Below the pieces are notes generated by a model that saw only the letters and a list, made by a program, of their open reading frames with translations, made no database searches and was not told the DNA's origin. A stretch of DNA of 64,000 bases. Origin: Octopus vulgaris (taxonomy: Eukaryota). How positions within the stretch are numbered: the stretch's first letter is position 1; every line of letters starts with the position of its first letter. The stretch spans positions 2,294,001 to 2,358,000 of the forward strand of contig OX597841.1 of NCBI GenBank assembly GCA_951406725.2, given 5' to 3'. A program made the position numbers and the translations under genes. Positions 1 to 15,577 of the stretch are shown one piece after another.

Positions 1-650
1 GGTAGAGTCTTTGACACTGTGCAATGGTGCCCCATTCCGCTATTTATGTAACATTCAATGCCAATGTTTCAGAATTTTCCAGATGTATATTACTGCATAA
101 CTTTCCTGCCTTCATTCTAGGGAGAAGTGTGTTAACTCCAGTAGCTCATACATTGCATTAAGACGATTTTCTTTGTGTAGCTCCGTTGGATTGCTTCAAG
201 TTTCGCTGTTAATTTTATACTGTGTTGACCATAGTTAAGAGCAGTAGTCCAAGTGCCTGAGGTTATTTGTCTTCCAAAGGACCATTATTGTTTGCTCTAC
301 TCTTGTTCTGAAAGTTCAGAGGATCTATTCAGCTAGCCGCCTGCATTTTATTACCAAAATTCGTAACATGCACCTAGAAAGATGCATCATTACTCGTGTC
401 AGTACCCAAATCATGCACTGATTTTGATTCAGGGATTGTAATTCCTCTCAGGCTAATGTATCCAGTCTGCTTGTCATTCAGCTTTGTGTGCCGGTTGTGC
501 AGGGCTTGGAAATTTCCTGCATTAAACTGCATGTTGTTGTCCTGGGCCCACCTGTAATATTGCGTCCAACTCCAGTTGCAGATGTACAATATGTCGAGGA
601 TTCTGAATTGTCTGAGTGACTTTTGTGTCATCAGCATAGCTAGCAAAGCT
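1..650 (-). mobile_element. Degenerate non-LTR retrotransposon (CR1/L2-like) ORF2 fragment
   Basis: Minus-strand translation shows RT-tail-like motifs (YRWAQDNNMQFN; IYIWKIL) with frameshifts. Confidence 0.6.
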
Positions 651-690
651 GTGGTTTACAAACATGTAAGCTACACACAAAATTCTGTGA

Positions 691-1283
691 TCATCATCAT
701 CATTTAACGTCCGTTCTCCATGCTAGCATGGGTTGGACGGTTCGACCGGGATCTGGGAAGCCAGAAGGCTGCACCAGGCTCCAGTCTTATCTGGCAATGT
801 TTCTACAGCTGGATGCCCTTCCTAACGCCAACCACTCCGTGAGTGTAGTGGGTGCTTTTTACGTGCCACCTGCACAGGTGCCAGGCGAGGCTGGCAACGG
901 CCACGGTCGGATTGGTGTATTTTATGTGCCACCGGCACGGAAGCCAGTCGAGGCGGCACTGGCGTCGGCCACGAGTCGGATAGTGCTTTTTACGTACTAC
1001 CAGACCAGGGATCCTGGCTGGTTCAGTTCGCTTTCGCTTGCCCCAACATGTCTTCGCAAGCAAAGGGGGTTGGCATGGGTGCCTGTCGTACGGTCGGATA
1101 GGTGCATTTTACGTGCCACCGGCACGGAAGCCAGTGGAGGCGGCACTGGCATCGGCCACGAGTCAGATAGTGCTTTTTATGTACCACCAGACCAGGGATC
1201 CTGGCTGATTCAATTCGATTTCGATTTCGCTTTCGCTTGCCCCAACATGTCTTCACAAGCAAAGAGGGTTGGCATGGGTGCCT
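691..1283 (-). mobile_element. SINE-like element, family D, with (GAT)n tail and an internal ~190-bp tandem duplication
   Basis: Interrupts conserved intron sequence TTCTGTGA|TGTAAATTTT that is contiguous in paralogs (11806, 36962); related copies at 3820-4030, 20318-20550, 49640-49825, 53380-53715, 61415-61750. Confidence 0.7.
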
Positions 1284-1420
1284 GTAAATTTTAATACATT
1301 AAAAAGTTCAGTCATTCACGTAAATGTTTATTTCTACTAAAGTTTATCTCTGTAGAAATGCTGTAAATTTTCCACTGTTGAATCTGTATTTTGAAAGCAG
1401 CTTCTTTATCTTACACTGTT

Positions 1421-1438
1421 GTTTCTTTATTATTTCAG
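1421..1438 (+). promoter_or_regulatory. Splice acceptor of the ZF1 coding exon (GTTTCTTTATTATTTCAG)
   Basis: Same motif about 300-400 nt upstream of the start codon in all complete paralogs (AG at 11959, 24051-, 27745, 37122, 43818-, 47318, 56608-). Confidence 0.75.
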
Positions 1439-1763
1439 AATATCAAATGACATTTGCTTAACAGAAGATACATTCTCAATATTTATCATCTTTTAAGACT
1501 AAAAGAAAATGAGATATAAAACAGATTTATAACACTGTTTCTATAAATCTTATATATTTCTGTGAAATATTTGTCCTAATATGTTATTATTAGCAAAAGT
1601 TTTGCACATCACTGACTGAATGTAAACTTGGATAGCTTTACAAAAGTGTTGTTAGAGAAAGATAACTGGCCAAAAAGACAACAGTGGAAGTACATATACG
1701 ATTGAACGATAAGAACAAAAAACAAGAAAAGTATGTGTACATTGTAATTTGAAAACAATAATA

Positions 1764-3182
1764 ATGGAAATGAGTAAGAAGCTTAAAGAACTGATTTCTC
1801 ATGAAGACATAATAAAAGAGAGACAAAAGTTGTCATATGATTGTGATGTCTGTGGTAAATCATTCACTAAGAAAAGTCACTTAACCAAACACAAACATAT
1901 TCATAAAGGAGAGAGACCATACCATTGTGATATCTGTGGTAAATCATTCTCTCAAAGTAGTGCCTTAACTTCACACATACGCATTCATACAGGGGAGAAA
2001 CCCTATAATTGTGATATCTGTGGTAAATCATTCTCTCAGAGTAGTCACTTAACCACACACATACGTATTCATACAGGAGAGAAGCCATTCCATTGTGATA
2101 TCTGTGATAAATCATTCACTGTTGGTAGTGCTTTAACCAAACACAGACGTATTCATACAGGAGAGAAACCATATCACTGTGATGTCTGTGGTAAATCATT
2201 CAGTGACAGTAGTGCTTTAACCAAACACAGACGTATTCATTCAGGAGAGAAGCCTTATCACTGTGATGTATGTGGTAAATCATTCCGTGATAGGAGTATT
2301 AACTTCATTATGCACAAACGTGTTCATACAGGAGAGACTCCATATCATTGTGATATTTGTGGTAAATCATTCTCTGGAAACACTGACCTAACAGAACACA
2401 AACGTATTCATACAGGAGAGAAACCATATCATTGTGATGTCTGTGATAAATCATTCTCTCGAAATAGTACTTTAACAAAACACAGACGTATTCATGCAAG
2501 AGAGAAGCCATATCATTGTGATATCTGTGGTAAATCATTCTCTTACAGTAGTCATTTAACTTCACACATACACATTCATACAGGAGAGAAACCATATCAT
2601 TGTGATATCTGTGGTAAATCATTCTCTCAGAGTAGTGGCATAACTGCACACAAACGTATTCATACAGGAGAGAAGCCATTCCATTGTGATATCTGTGATA
2701 AATCATTCACTGTTGGTAGTGCTTTAACTACACACAAGCGTATTCATACAGGAGAGAAACCATATCACTGTGATATCTGTGGTAAATCATTCAGTGACAG
2801 TAGTACATTATCTACACACAAACGTACTCATTCAGGAGAGAAGCCTTATCACTGTGATGTCTGTGGTAAATCATTCTGTTATAGTGGTAACTTCATTATG
2901 CACAGACGTATTCATACAGGAGAGACTCCATATCACTGTGATATTTGTGGTAAATCATTCTCTCAAAGTAGTGCCCTAACAAAACACAAACGTATTCATA
3001 CTGGAGAGAAGCCGTATCATTGTGATAGCTGTGGTAAATCATTCTCTGACAGTAGTGATTTAACTGGACACAAGCGTCTTCATTCAGGAAAGAGACCATA
3101 TCACTGTGATATCTGTGGTAAATCCTTCACTAAGAGTTATAATTTAACTACACACAAGCGTATTCATACAGGAGAGACATAA
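1764..3182 (+). CDS. ZF1: C2H2 zinc-finger protein, about 16 fingers, 472 aa
   Basis: ORF of CxxC...HxxxH repeats with TGEKPY linkers; first ATG at 1764 matches the paralogous MExSxKL start. Confidence 0.9.
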   Translation: MEMSKKLKELISHEDIIKERQKLSYDCDVCGKSFTKKSHLTKHKHIHKGERPYHCDICGKSFSQSSALTSHIRIHTGEKPYNCDICGKSFSQSSHLTTHIRIHTGEKPFHCDICDKSFTVGSALTKHRRIHTGEKPYHCDVCGKSFSDSSALTKHRRIHSGEKPYHCDVCGKSFRDRSINFIMHKRVHTGETPYHCDICGKSFSGNTDLTEHKRIHTGEKPYHCDVCDKSFSRNSTLTKHRRIHAREKPYHCDICGKSFSYSSHLTSHIHIHTGEKPYHCDICGKSFSQSSGITAHKRIHTGEKPFHCDICDKSFTVGSALTTHKRIHTGEKPYHCDICGKSFSDSSTLSTHKRTHSGEKPYHCDVCGKSFCYSGNFIMHRRIHTGETPYHCDICGKSFSQSSALTKHKRIHTGEKPYHCDSCGKSFSDSSDLTGHKRLHSGKRPYHCDICGKSFTKSYNLTTHKRIHTGET

Positions 3183-3590
<408 letters not shown>

Positions 3591-4299
3591 TGTATGGGTT
3601 CCATTGTAAATTTCTGTTCTTTTTAATATTCCTGCGTTTCATGTAAAAGACATTACGACTCCAAAATTTTCAGTTTTTGCTTTTTTATTCTAAAATTTTC
3701 TCCCAGCTTCATCCTTTGCTTCCATTTCCATTTCATTTCCCATGATCTCTATATTGAAATTCCTCCTACTGGCAACCCTGTACATGGCTCTTTGTTGAAT
3801 ATCACTTCCCTAATTTATCATCATCATTTAATGGAGCCTGGTGCAGCCTTCTGGCTTCCCAGATCCCCGGTCGAACTGTCCAACCCATGCTAGCATGGAG
3901 AACGGACGTTAAACGATGATGATGATGATGATGATGTCCATGCTGGCATGGGTTGATCAGCTTGATCAGGGCTGGTCAGCTGAGGGGCTTCACCAAACTC
4001 CAGTCTGATTTGGCATGGTTTCCACAGCCAAATCTATATATTTATTCCTTAAGTTTTAAATATTTATGGTTTTTTCAAAGCCATACGTGAATTTGTCAAA
4101 TATATAAATAAGAAATGACCTCCATAACAAAATGGAAGATACCACTAACAAACATGTGGCATAACTATGGTTTAGGGCCCCACAACACTGTTTTCTCTTA
4201 ACTTTCTGAAGAATTGTTTTTTTATACTAAAACTAGCAGATGAAAGTTTACAAGCATCTAGATTATCTTAATAAAATTGAGGATAAAAGCTTTTCAACT

Positions 4300-5400
4300 C
4301 CATCCTGTTTTTGTCAGGGTCACATCCTATGTAATTAGGAAGGGAGTTGAATTACATGAGATGCAGTTTGGTTTTGTGCCTGGAAGAAGCACTTCCGATG
4401 CTATCTTCCTAGTAAGGCAACTGCCGGATAAAAATTCAGCAACAGATTAATCTCTGTACTTGGCTTTTGTAAACATGGAAAAAGCTGTTGACAGGGTTCC
4501 TCACTCCCTTATCTGGTGGTCAATGTGGAAGCTGGGAAGAGATGAATACCATACAAGCCATGTCCAGGGATAATGTCAGTAAGGTAAAAGTTAGCAAAGA
4601 GTGTTTAACTAAATTTAGTGTACAAGTAGGAGGTCACCGAGGTCTCAGCTCCCTCTTATTTATCATAGACCTTCAGGTCATAACAGGAATTTAAGGTGAG
4701 GTGGTTTTAGGAGCTCCTCTAGATCTGTGATTTTGTTCTTATAGCTAATTCTTCACTCAAGTTACATAATAGGTTTCAGATGTGGACATGTCTGGAATCA
4801 AAATGCCTTAGACTTAAGTTAGGAAAGACCAAAGTTGTAGTAAGTAGGAAAGCAAACAAATTATAAATCGTTTCAAGGAGATGGCCTTGTTTGAGAAAGT
4901 GGTCCTTTTATTACCTAGGTAAGCAAATATAATGTAATTGTAGGGTGTTTGTCTAACAAGGTGACCCTGCTGATGTTTATTTCCACATAAAAATGCGACA
5001 GTGTTGGTGCCATGAGACAACCAACTGAAGGCTCCAGGCCAGATCTGTGGCTGCTGCAAAATTCCAGAAAAATTTAAGACTGGTTGTTCATGAGAACTCC
5101 TCTATGCCGATAACTTCATCCTTATTGTTGAAACTGTAGTAGATTCAGAAATGAAATTCCAGGTGTGAACACAAAGCTTGCAATTTAAGAGTCTTTAAGT
5201 TAACTTAGCCAAGATCAAGGTTCTAGTTATCAAGAAAACAGACAGTTCTCTAATCCATTTGGGTAAATGGTCCTAGATTCTTTGTAGAGAAGGTGCAGGT
5301 AGGAATTCCATATGGTATACTCAGTGCTGACTAGGGACACATAATAGGTGGAATGGAACTACAAGAAGGTTAACAAAGTATAATGTGTTTGTGGTAGTTG
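4300..5400 (+). mobile_element. Degenerate RTE-like LINE RT fragments
   Basis: Translates to EMQFGFVPGRSTSDAIFLVRQL and further RT motifs, frameshifted; similar pieces at 20750-20960, 29715-29900 and 59100-59940(-). Confidence 0.65.
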
Positions 5401-6494
5401 TACAGGATCTATTATAGCTAGAATGAAGAATTAGCTAAAATATAAAGTCGTAATTCTCTACGACAAAATTACTTCAAATTGTATATAAATATTAAAAATG
5501 CTATATGTATATAATAAAATAATGTAAAAATTATTTTCTCTTTCTTCAACTTATTAATGAAATGTATTTCTGTAATTATGAAACTGTATTTTTTTTATAG
5601 CGGTTAAAAGAACACAAAATTATTCATATTTAACATACATGCACGATTAATGTCCATTAGCATTCCAGAAAGTATATTTCTCGCTATGGCGTTTATGTAG
5701 CTGGAGTCCGGATTTACGTATAATGATAACGCTTATAAATAAGTTATAAGTGACGGTTTTATCATTATATATCCCTACTTAAAAAGCTAAATATATTTAT
5801 CTATTTCCAAATAGTTTTCTTATAGCGGACTACCAGTTTTCTTATATAGCATATGTTTTCTGGTTGGTTTGTTTACTGTTAATGTAACACTACTTTATCA
5901 TGTTTCCTATTTTGCTACTCTCCAACTCCACTCTTTGCGGTTTGTGCTTATACCACATCTTGCCTCTCTCTAGCCCCACTTTTCACACAGTTTCCAATGT
6001 AGCACTTTCGCTATAACTGATCATGTTGCCACAAATTTTAGTGGTTTTGAGCCAGGAAGGAAAGGCTGTTTTTATATGCCTGGTGGCCATGGCAAAAGAA
6101 GTGGTGTGGTGGACGAGAATGAAGGGATTTGAAGACAAACACTTTTCTCTTTGGCCAATCCCTGATGAAAAGGAAAATAGGAATAGAGAGGGAAGTGTTG
6201 TCTTCTAGTTAGTTTGCCGAAAAGTGGATGAAAGTGGCGAGAATGGTACGAGTGAACGCCTGCAGTTGGAAAGAGGAAAGGAAACGAAAAAATGCACCTG
6301 CCCCAAAAAATCAGGGCACTCATGGTTTTTATGGGGTTTTTCCATGAGCAGCCCTCGAATGTCTCCTCCCCATTGAGGATTTCATATTGTTGATCTCTTT
6401 TTTTCTTTCTTTTTTCTATTTCATTAGTCTTGTTCACACGCCAATCCCTCGCAACTACACACACACTTGTTCTTTTTAGCGACAGTTTGTCCAT

Positions 6495-7060
6495 CGCTAC
6501 GTTCTGAGTTCAAGTTTCGCCGGTGTCTACTTTGCCTTTCATCCTTTCGGGGTCAATCAACTAAAGTACCTATTTCTTTATTACCCACATGGAGCTAAAC
6601 ATAGAGGGGACAAACAAGGACAGACATAAGTATTAAGTCGATTACATCGACCCCAGTGCGTAACTGGTACTTAATTTATCGACACCGAAAGAATGAAAGG
6701 CAAAGTCGACCTCGGCGGAATTTGAACTCATACCGTAACGGCAGACGAAATACCTATTTCTTTACTACCCACAAGGGGCTAAAAATAGAGAGGACAGACA
6801 TAGGTATTAAGTCGATTATATCGACCCCAGTGCGTAACTAGTACTTAATTTATCGACCCCGAAAGGATGAAAGGCAAAGTCGACCTCGGCGGAATTTGAA
6901 CTCACAAAGTAACGGCAGACGAAATACTGCTAAGCATTTCGCCCGGCGTGCTAATGTTTCTGCCAGCTCGCCGCCTTCTAAAGTACCAGTTGCGTACAGG
7001 GGATCGATGTAAACGACTGGTTACCTCTCCCAAAATTTAAGGCCTTGTGCCTATAGTAAA
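6495..7060. mobile_element. Nested tRNA-derived SINE family C copies in both orientations
   Basis: GGCGGCGAGCTGGCAGAAAC...GAGTTCAAATTCCGCCGAGGTCGAC head with B-box; repeated at 24127-24350, 50970-51107, 51737-51870, 52146-52510. Confidence 0.75.
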
Positions 7061-7170
7061 AAACGGATTATTATTGTATTACACACACACACACAAAACC
7101 ATCTTTTGCAATATAATACTTGTAAAGGGAGGTAATCAGCATCAGGTGATAGAAATATTATGTATCAATA

Positions 7171-7538
7171 TGTGGTTAGGACAGCGGATTCACGGTCATA
7201 GGATCGCGGTTTCGATTCCCAGACCGGGCGTTGTGAGTGTTTATTGAGCGAAAACACCTAAAGCTCCACGAGGCTCCGGCAGGGGATAGTGGTGATCCCT
7301 GCTGTACTCTTTCACCACAACTCTCTCTCACTCTTACTTCCTGTTTCTGTTGTACCTGTATTTCAAGGGGCCGGCCTTGTCACTCTCTGTGTCACGCTGA
7401 ATATCCCCGAGAACTACGTTAACGGTGCACGTGTCTGTGGAGTGCTCAGTCACTTACACGTTAATTTCACGAGCAGGCTGTTCCGTTGATTCGGATCAAC
7501 CGGAACCCTCATCGTCGTAACCGACGGAGTGCTTCCAT
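7171..7538 (+). mobile_element. tRNA-derived SINE family B
   Basis: A-box-like TGGTTAGG and B-box-like GGTTTCGATTCC; near-identical copies at 26554, 29924(-), 33494(-). Confidence 0.8.
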
Positions 7539-7544
7539 TATGTA

Positions 7545-7698
7545 CTATCCTACTTCCGTTTCCGTCATTGCTTAAAATTCTCTTCATCTCCGTTCAACAC
7601 ATTTATATTACTTATAAAGCACATTTGTAATATATTTCTCGACCACCACACTCACGCTTCTAACAACTCTGCTTTATAAAGAACATTTTCGTAAGTAT
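7545..7698 (+). promoter_or_regulatory. ZF2 predicted promoter, non-coding exon 1 and donor GTAAGTAT (7691)
   Basis: CTTCCGTTTCCGTC motif shared with the ZF3 and ZF8 promoters; donor followed by conserved GAAAATATTCAG..GACGTTCG..GATTCTTTGT. Confidence 0.6.
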
Positions 7699-7877
7699 TA
7701 AGCTTTGAAAATATTCAGTGGCTTTTAATTCTGTGGACGTTCGACTTTCGGCGCGTCGATTCTTTGTTTCACTTCTATCTTTCATGAATGAAGATGTCTA
7801 TAATTTATGCAGGATTTGGTTGCTATTTCGGTACTACTTAAATACAGAGGTCCCTAAAAAGTAACACCAACCCGAAC

Positions 7878-9877
7878 ATTTCTAGCCATGGATGAGAGAT
7901 ATCTATGTGAGATTTGGCTGTTATTTCTAATAGTGGATGAGAGATGTTTATGGTTTGTGCGAGATTTGGCTGCTATTTCTAGTTGTGGATGAGAGATGTT
8001 TATGGTTTGTGCGAGATTTGGCTGCTATTTCTAGTTGTGGATGAGAGATGTTTATGGTTTGTGTGAGATTTGGCTGCTATTTCTAGTTGTGGATGAGAGA
8101 TGTTTATGGTTTGTGCGAGATTTGGCTGCTATTTCTAGTTGTGGATGAGAGATGTTTATGGTTTGTGCGAGATTTGGCTGCTATTTCTAGTTGTGGATGA
8201 GAGATGTTTATGGTTTGTGCGAGATTTGGCTGCTGCTATTTCTAGTTGTGGATGAGAGATGTTTATGGTTTGTGTGAGATTTGGCTGCTATTTCTAGTTG
8301 TGGATGAGAGATGTTTATGGTTTGTGTGAGATTTGGCTGCTATTTCTAGTTGTGGATGAGAGATGTTTATGGTTTGTGCGAGATTTGGCTGCTATTTCTA
8401 GTTGTGGATGAGAGATGTTTATGGTTTGTGTGAGATTTGGCTGCTATTTCTAGTTGTGGATGAGAGATGTTTATGGTTTGTGTGAGATTTGGCTGCTATT
8501 TCTAGTTGTGAATGAGAGATGTTTATGGTTTGTGCGAGATTTGGCTGCTATTTCTAGTTGTGGATGAGAGATGTTTATGGTTTGTGTGAGATTTAGCTGC
8601 TATTTCTAGTTGTGGATGAGAGATGTTTATGGTTTGTGTGAGATTTGGCTGCTATTTCTAGTTGTGGATGAGAGATGTTTATGGTTTGGTTTGTGTGAGA
8701 TTTGGCTGCTATTTCTAGTTGTGGATGAGAGATGTTTATGGTTTGTGCGAGATTTGGCTGCTATTTCTAGTTGTGGATGAGAGATGTTTATGGTTTGTGC
8801 GAGATTTGGCTGCTATTTCTAGTTGTGGATGAGAGATGTTTATGGTTTGTGCGAGATTTGGCTGCTATTTCTAGTTGTGAATGAGAGATGTTTATGGTTT
8901 GTGCGAGATTTGGCTGCTATTTCTAGTTGTGGATGAGAGATGTTTATGGTTTGTGTGAGATTTGACTGCTATTTCTAGTTGTGGATGAGAGATGTTTATG
9001 GTTTGTGTGAGATTTGCCTGCTATTTCTAGTTGTGGATGAGAGATGTTTATGGTTTGTGTGAGATTTGACTGCTATTTCTAGTTGTGGATGAGAGATGTT
9101 TATGGTTTGTGCGAGATTTGACTGCTATTTCTAGTTGTGGATGAGAGATGTTTATGGTTTGTGTGAGATTTGACTGCTATTTCTAGTTGTGGATGAGAGA
9201 TGTTTATGGTTTGTGTGAGATTTGACTGCTATTTCTAGTTGTGGATGAGAGATGTTTATGGTTTGTGTGAGATTTGGCTGCTATTTCTAGTTGTGGATGA
9301 GAGGTGTTTATGGTCTGTGCGAGATTTGGCTGCTATTTCTAGTTGTGGATGAGAGATGTTTATGGTTTGTGTGAGATTTGCCTGCTATTTCTAGTTGTGG
9401 ATGAGAGATGTTTATGGTTTGTGCGAGATTTGACTGCTATTTCTAGTTGTGGATGAGAGATGTTTATGGTTTGTGCGAGATTTGACTGCTATTTCTAGTT
9501 GTGGATGAGAGATGTTTATGGTTTGTGGAGATTTGACTGCTATTTCTAGTTGTGGATGAGAGTGGATGAGAGTTTAATGGTCTGTGCGAGATTTTGCTGC
9601 TATTTCTAGTTGTGGATGAGAGATGTTAATGGTCTGTGCGAGATTTGGCTGCTATTTCTAGTTGTGGATGAGAGATGTTTATGGTTTGTGCGAGATTTGG
9701 CTGCTATTTCTAGTTGTGGATGAGAGATGTTTATGGTTTGTGCGAGATTTGGCTGCTATTTCTAGTTGTGGATGAGAGATATTTATGGTTTGTGCGAGAT
9801 TTGACTGCTATTTCAAGTTGTGGATGAGAGATGTTTATGGTTTGTGCGAGATTTGGCTGTTATTTCTGGCCATGGAA
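7878..9877 (+). repeat. 52-bp tandem array (about 38 units) in ZF2 intron 1
   Basis: Unit TGTGGATGAGAGATGTTTATGGTTTGTGCGAGATTTGGCTGCTATTTCTAGT; period 52 (7981 to 8033). Confidence 0.95.
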
Positions 9878-10091
9878 GCTCCCTTCTATACTCTCCATCG
9901 TTGGCACGTTAGCTTGATGTGTGTTTTAGTTTGAGAAATATTCTGAAATACACTGCAACCACTGAAATGTGCAGAAACCAATACTTCATTATAATTTATG
10001 AAATTGCTGTTAGTGTGACTAGCAATTCGTTTCCCCATAACTTTTTGAAAATTTGATATTTTCTAATGAAATTTGTGACAAAAACGTTTCA

Positions 10092-10503
10092 GGCGTAGGA
10101 GTGGCTGTGTGGTAAGTAGCTTGCTAACCAACCACATGGTTCTGGGTTCAGTCCCACTGCGTGGCATCTTGGGCAAGTGTCTTCTGCTATAGCCCCGGGC
10201 CGACCAATGCCTTGTGAGTGGATTTGGTAGACAGAAACTGAAAGAAGCCTGTCGTATATATGTATATATATATATATATGTGTGTATGTTTGTGTGTCTG
10301 TGTTTGTCCTCTTAGCATTGCTTGACAACCGATGCTGGTGTGTTTACGTCCCCGTCACTTAGCGGTTCGGCAAAAGAGACCGATAGAATAAGTACTGGGC
10401 TTACAAAGAATAAGTCCCGGGGTCGATTTGCTCAACTAAATGCGGTGCTCCAGCATGGCCGCAGTCAAATGACTGAAACAAGTAAAAGAGTAAAGAGTAA
10501 GAG
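10092..10503 (+). mobile_element. SINE family A (CORE-like CTTGGGCAAGTG, internal (TA)/(TG) tract, (AAAGAGT)n tail)
   Basis: Full copy; at least seven more in the window. Confidence 0.85.
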
Positions 10504-11004
10504 TATATGATGTTGGTAACAATTATTTGGCAATTTGTTGTGAAAAATACAACTTAAGTAAGTGTATAAATAAATAACTTCAGCTTTGTTTCCTCATAGA
10601 TTTTAATAATGTAGATTACAACTATTTTGAAAATTTAATTACTTTTAAGATCTATTCCATAATTTACTTTCTGGAAAGAATTAAATGAATATTTTTTTTT
10701 AATGACGTGACACTTATGAGAGATATCAGTGTAAAGTTATCCATTGGTAATCTGATAATAGATTTCAAATTGGCCCTGGGGCAAGCCTACTTACCACACA
10801 GCCACCCTCCCCCCGTCCATCCTTTCTTGAAAATTGAAAATTGTAAGGTAGAGAGAGGTCCCTACATCGTAGGAGAAAAAAAAAAGTACCAGGAATGGGG
10901 ATGGGGAATAAAATTGTAAAAACATAAAATAATATGATTTCAGTTTTGGGAGATAGAATGATTTTTGGGTCGTAATTTCACAAGAATATTAACAGCGAAT
11001 AATA

Positions 11005-11145
11005 TTAGGTTGTCCCAAAAGTTCGTAAACACTTGCGAAAATTGAATTTTTACTCGCCAAGTACTAACAAGAACAACAAAAATTATTCCTCAAAATAAAG
11101 ACCATTATTTTCCAAGACTTTCTACGAACTTTTGGGACAACCTTA
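11005..11145. mobile_element. Mariner-like MITE
   Basis: TIRs TTAGGTTGTCCCAAAAGTTCGT / ACGAACTTTTGGGACAACCTTA flanked by TA. Confidence 0.75.
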
Positions 11146-11232
11146 TAATAAAAAATATCAGGATCTTTTCACTTTGACCGTCAGATTTTTAAGATAATTT
11201 CTTTGTAACTAAACACTTTTAAACTTCGTATA

Positions 11233-11574
11233 CTCTCTTTTTTTCTTTACTCTTTTTACTTGTTTCAGTCATTTGACAGTGGCCATGCTGGAGCACCGCC
11301 TTTAGTCGAGCAAATCGACCCCGGGACTTATTCTTTGTAAGCCCAGTACTTATTCTATCGGTCTCTTTTGCCGAACCGCTAAGTGACGGGGACGTAAACA
11401 CACCAACATTAGTTGTCAAGCAATGCTAGGGGGACAAACACAGACACAAACACACAAATCCTCTCACAAGGCATTGGTCAGCCCGGGGCTATAGCAGAAG
11501 ACACTTGCCCAAGATGCCACCCGGAACCATGTGGTTGGTTAGCAAGCTACTTACCACACAGCCACTCCTGCGCC
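11233..11574 (-). mobile_element. SINE family A inserted in a GGATCTTTTC-type MITE (about 11161-11730)
   Basis: Reverse complement of the 10092 copy; host element resumes at TACTGGTAG. Confidence 0.8.
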
Positions 11575-12253
11575 TACTGGTAGTGTGTTACATAAAACGT
11601 CTTTTTCTCTTGGCTTTCTTGAGAAAATTCTGTAGTTTGTAAGCTATTTGTTGTTTAATTTCTTGCATTTCAGCAATTTCAACCAATCAATGATGTCTAC
11701 TGAGGTGAATACAATTTCTGCCGGAAACATTTTCTGGCTGTGTCACATAATATATGATGTGAAAGTGTAGCTGTGGTTTACAAACATGTAAACTTCACAC
11801 AAGATTCTGTGATGTAAATTTTAATACATGGAAAAGTTCAGTTGTTCAGGTAAATGTTTGTAAGGTTTATCTCTATAAAAATGTTTTAAATTTTGCACTG
11901 TTGAATCTGTTTTGAAAGCAGCCACTATATCTTAAACTGTTGTTTCTTTATTTTTTCAGAATATCAGATGACATTGGCATAACAGATGATGCATTCTCAA
12001 TATTTATCATCTTTTGAAACACAAAGAAAATGATATACAAAGCAGATATACAACTCTTTCTGTAAATACGCTTTGCATTTCACTGATTAGATTACTGAGA
12101 AGATGAGTTTGTGTACTGAGTAGACTTGAATACATCCATGTAAGTGTTGCTAGAGAAAGGAAACAGTGGACAGAAATACAGAAGTGGGAGTATTTCTAAG
12201 ATTAAACAAGAAGAAAAACAAGGAAAGTATATTGTGATCTGAGAAAAATAATA

Positions 12254-14276
<2,023 letters not shown>

Positions 14277-14728
14277 CATTATGATATCTGTGGTAAATCA
14301 TTTACGTCATTCTCTGTAAATAGGAGCTTAACTAGACACAAGTGTATTCACATCAGAGAGAAACCATAACAAAGTGATGTCAGCTAAATCATTGTCTGAC
14401 TATCGTGCCTTGACTTCACACAAACGTATTCATACAAAGATAAAGCCATTTTACTGATAAATCATTCAGTGAAAATAGTAAATTAACTGTATACAAATAT
14501 ATTCATACAGGGGAGAAAGGCAAAGGCTAATTTGCATGGCTTCTTTTGTAAACTTCTTTTTCTTTTTAATATTCATGTTTGTCTCCATTGAACCAAATAA
14601 AGAAACCCCCTCCCCATTGATAAATCTAAATAACAAAGTGAACTCAGTGATAAAAAATCAACAGATGGAGAAGGACCTTCTGCTACCATGTTCTTAATCA
14701 TAAAATTAACCTCTGTCTATATATATAA

Positions 14729-15244
14729 CTAGCAGTATCGCCCGGCGTTGCTCGGGTTTGTAAGGGAAATAACTATATAAGCATTTTTAGAGAGTTACTT
14801 CCTTTATAGATGCCAATTCGGGCTTTCTTAGCCATTTCTGTTTTGGTGTCTTCAAGCCATGAAGTCGTTGTTCTAAAAGAACGCTGGTCTCCTTGACAAC
14901 GCATTACGACGTTGATTTCCTTAAACTCCCTTCCCCACAGCTTCACGAAGGAGGGAAGAAGGGGGAGAAGCAAACACAGGTGCAGGTGTTTGAGCGTGGA
15001 CGCCAACTCCGCCGCCATCGACACACGAAAAATTATGCATTAAATGGAATAAAAAATGATGTTAAATTATTTTTAAAATCGTAGACTCATTGTAGATGCG
15101 CGCTAATAGCCAGACGGGCTTGATATTAATCACGACTATAAGATACCCGAATTTGGTTAAACTGCACCGCAAAATGTGGGAGTAGTTAGGAATCTAAATC
15201 GTAGGAGACAGACACTCACACAACTACAGTTTTATATATAAAGA
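14729..15244 (-). mobile_element. Non-autonomous Helitron-like element (family E)
   Basis: On its own strand: 5' TC, 3' CCCGAGCAACGCCGGG hairpin then CTAG; inserted at A|T. Confidence 0.8.
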
Positions 15245-15534
15245 TATACCCTCTTAGTAATGTTGGCAAATGGAATAAGTACAAAAATGTACATTGTCCA
15301 TTTAATTTAAAAAATTGTATATGTGGCTGAAGATTGCGTTTTAAAACTGATGTAATACTTGCATTGTTTAATAAAATGAAGTAGCATGAAACAATTGTAC
15401 TACACTACCTTGGATATCCTTGTTGCTTATTTTGATTATAATCACCCCATTTGATTTATATGGATAATACCATACCAAATTCTGGTGCCTTTAACTTAAG
15501 TACCATATTCATCTGAATCTAAATTTTGCTGAAC

Positions 15535-15569
<35 letters not shown>

Positions 15570-15577
<8 letters not shown>

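Noticed and set aside
728-1294. 188-aa ORF
   Set aside because: Entirely within a SINE-like repeat with an internal duplication
1867-3099. Antisense and alternative-frame ORFs over the ZF genes (MIYHRYH..., VISVVNH...)
   Set aside because: Shadow frames of the 84-bp finger repeat
7878-9877. CRISPR-like appearance of the 52-bp arrays (constant core plus variable part)
   Set aside because: The intervening segments are near-identical to each other rather than unique spacers; no cas genes; eukaryotic context
14773-15024. Recurrent ORF ending KARIGIYKGSNSLKMLI in four places
   Set aside because: Lies within the non-autonomous Helitron-like repeat with inconsistent starts; recurrence reflects copy identity
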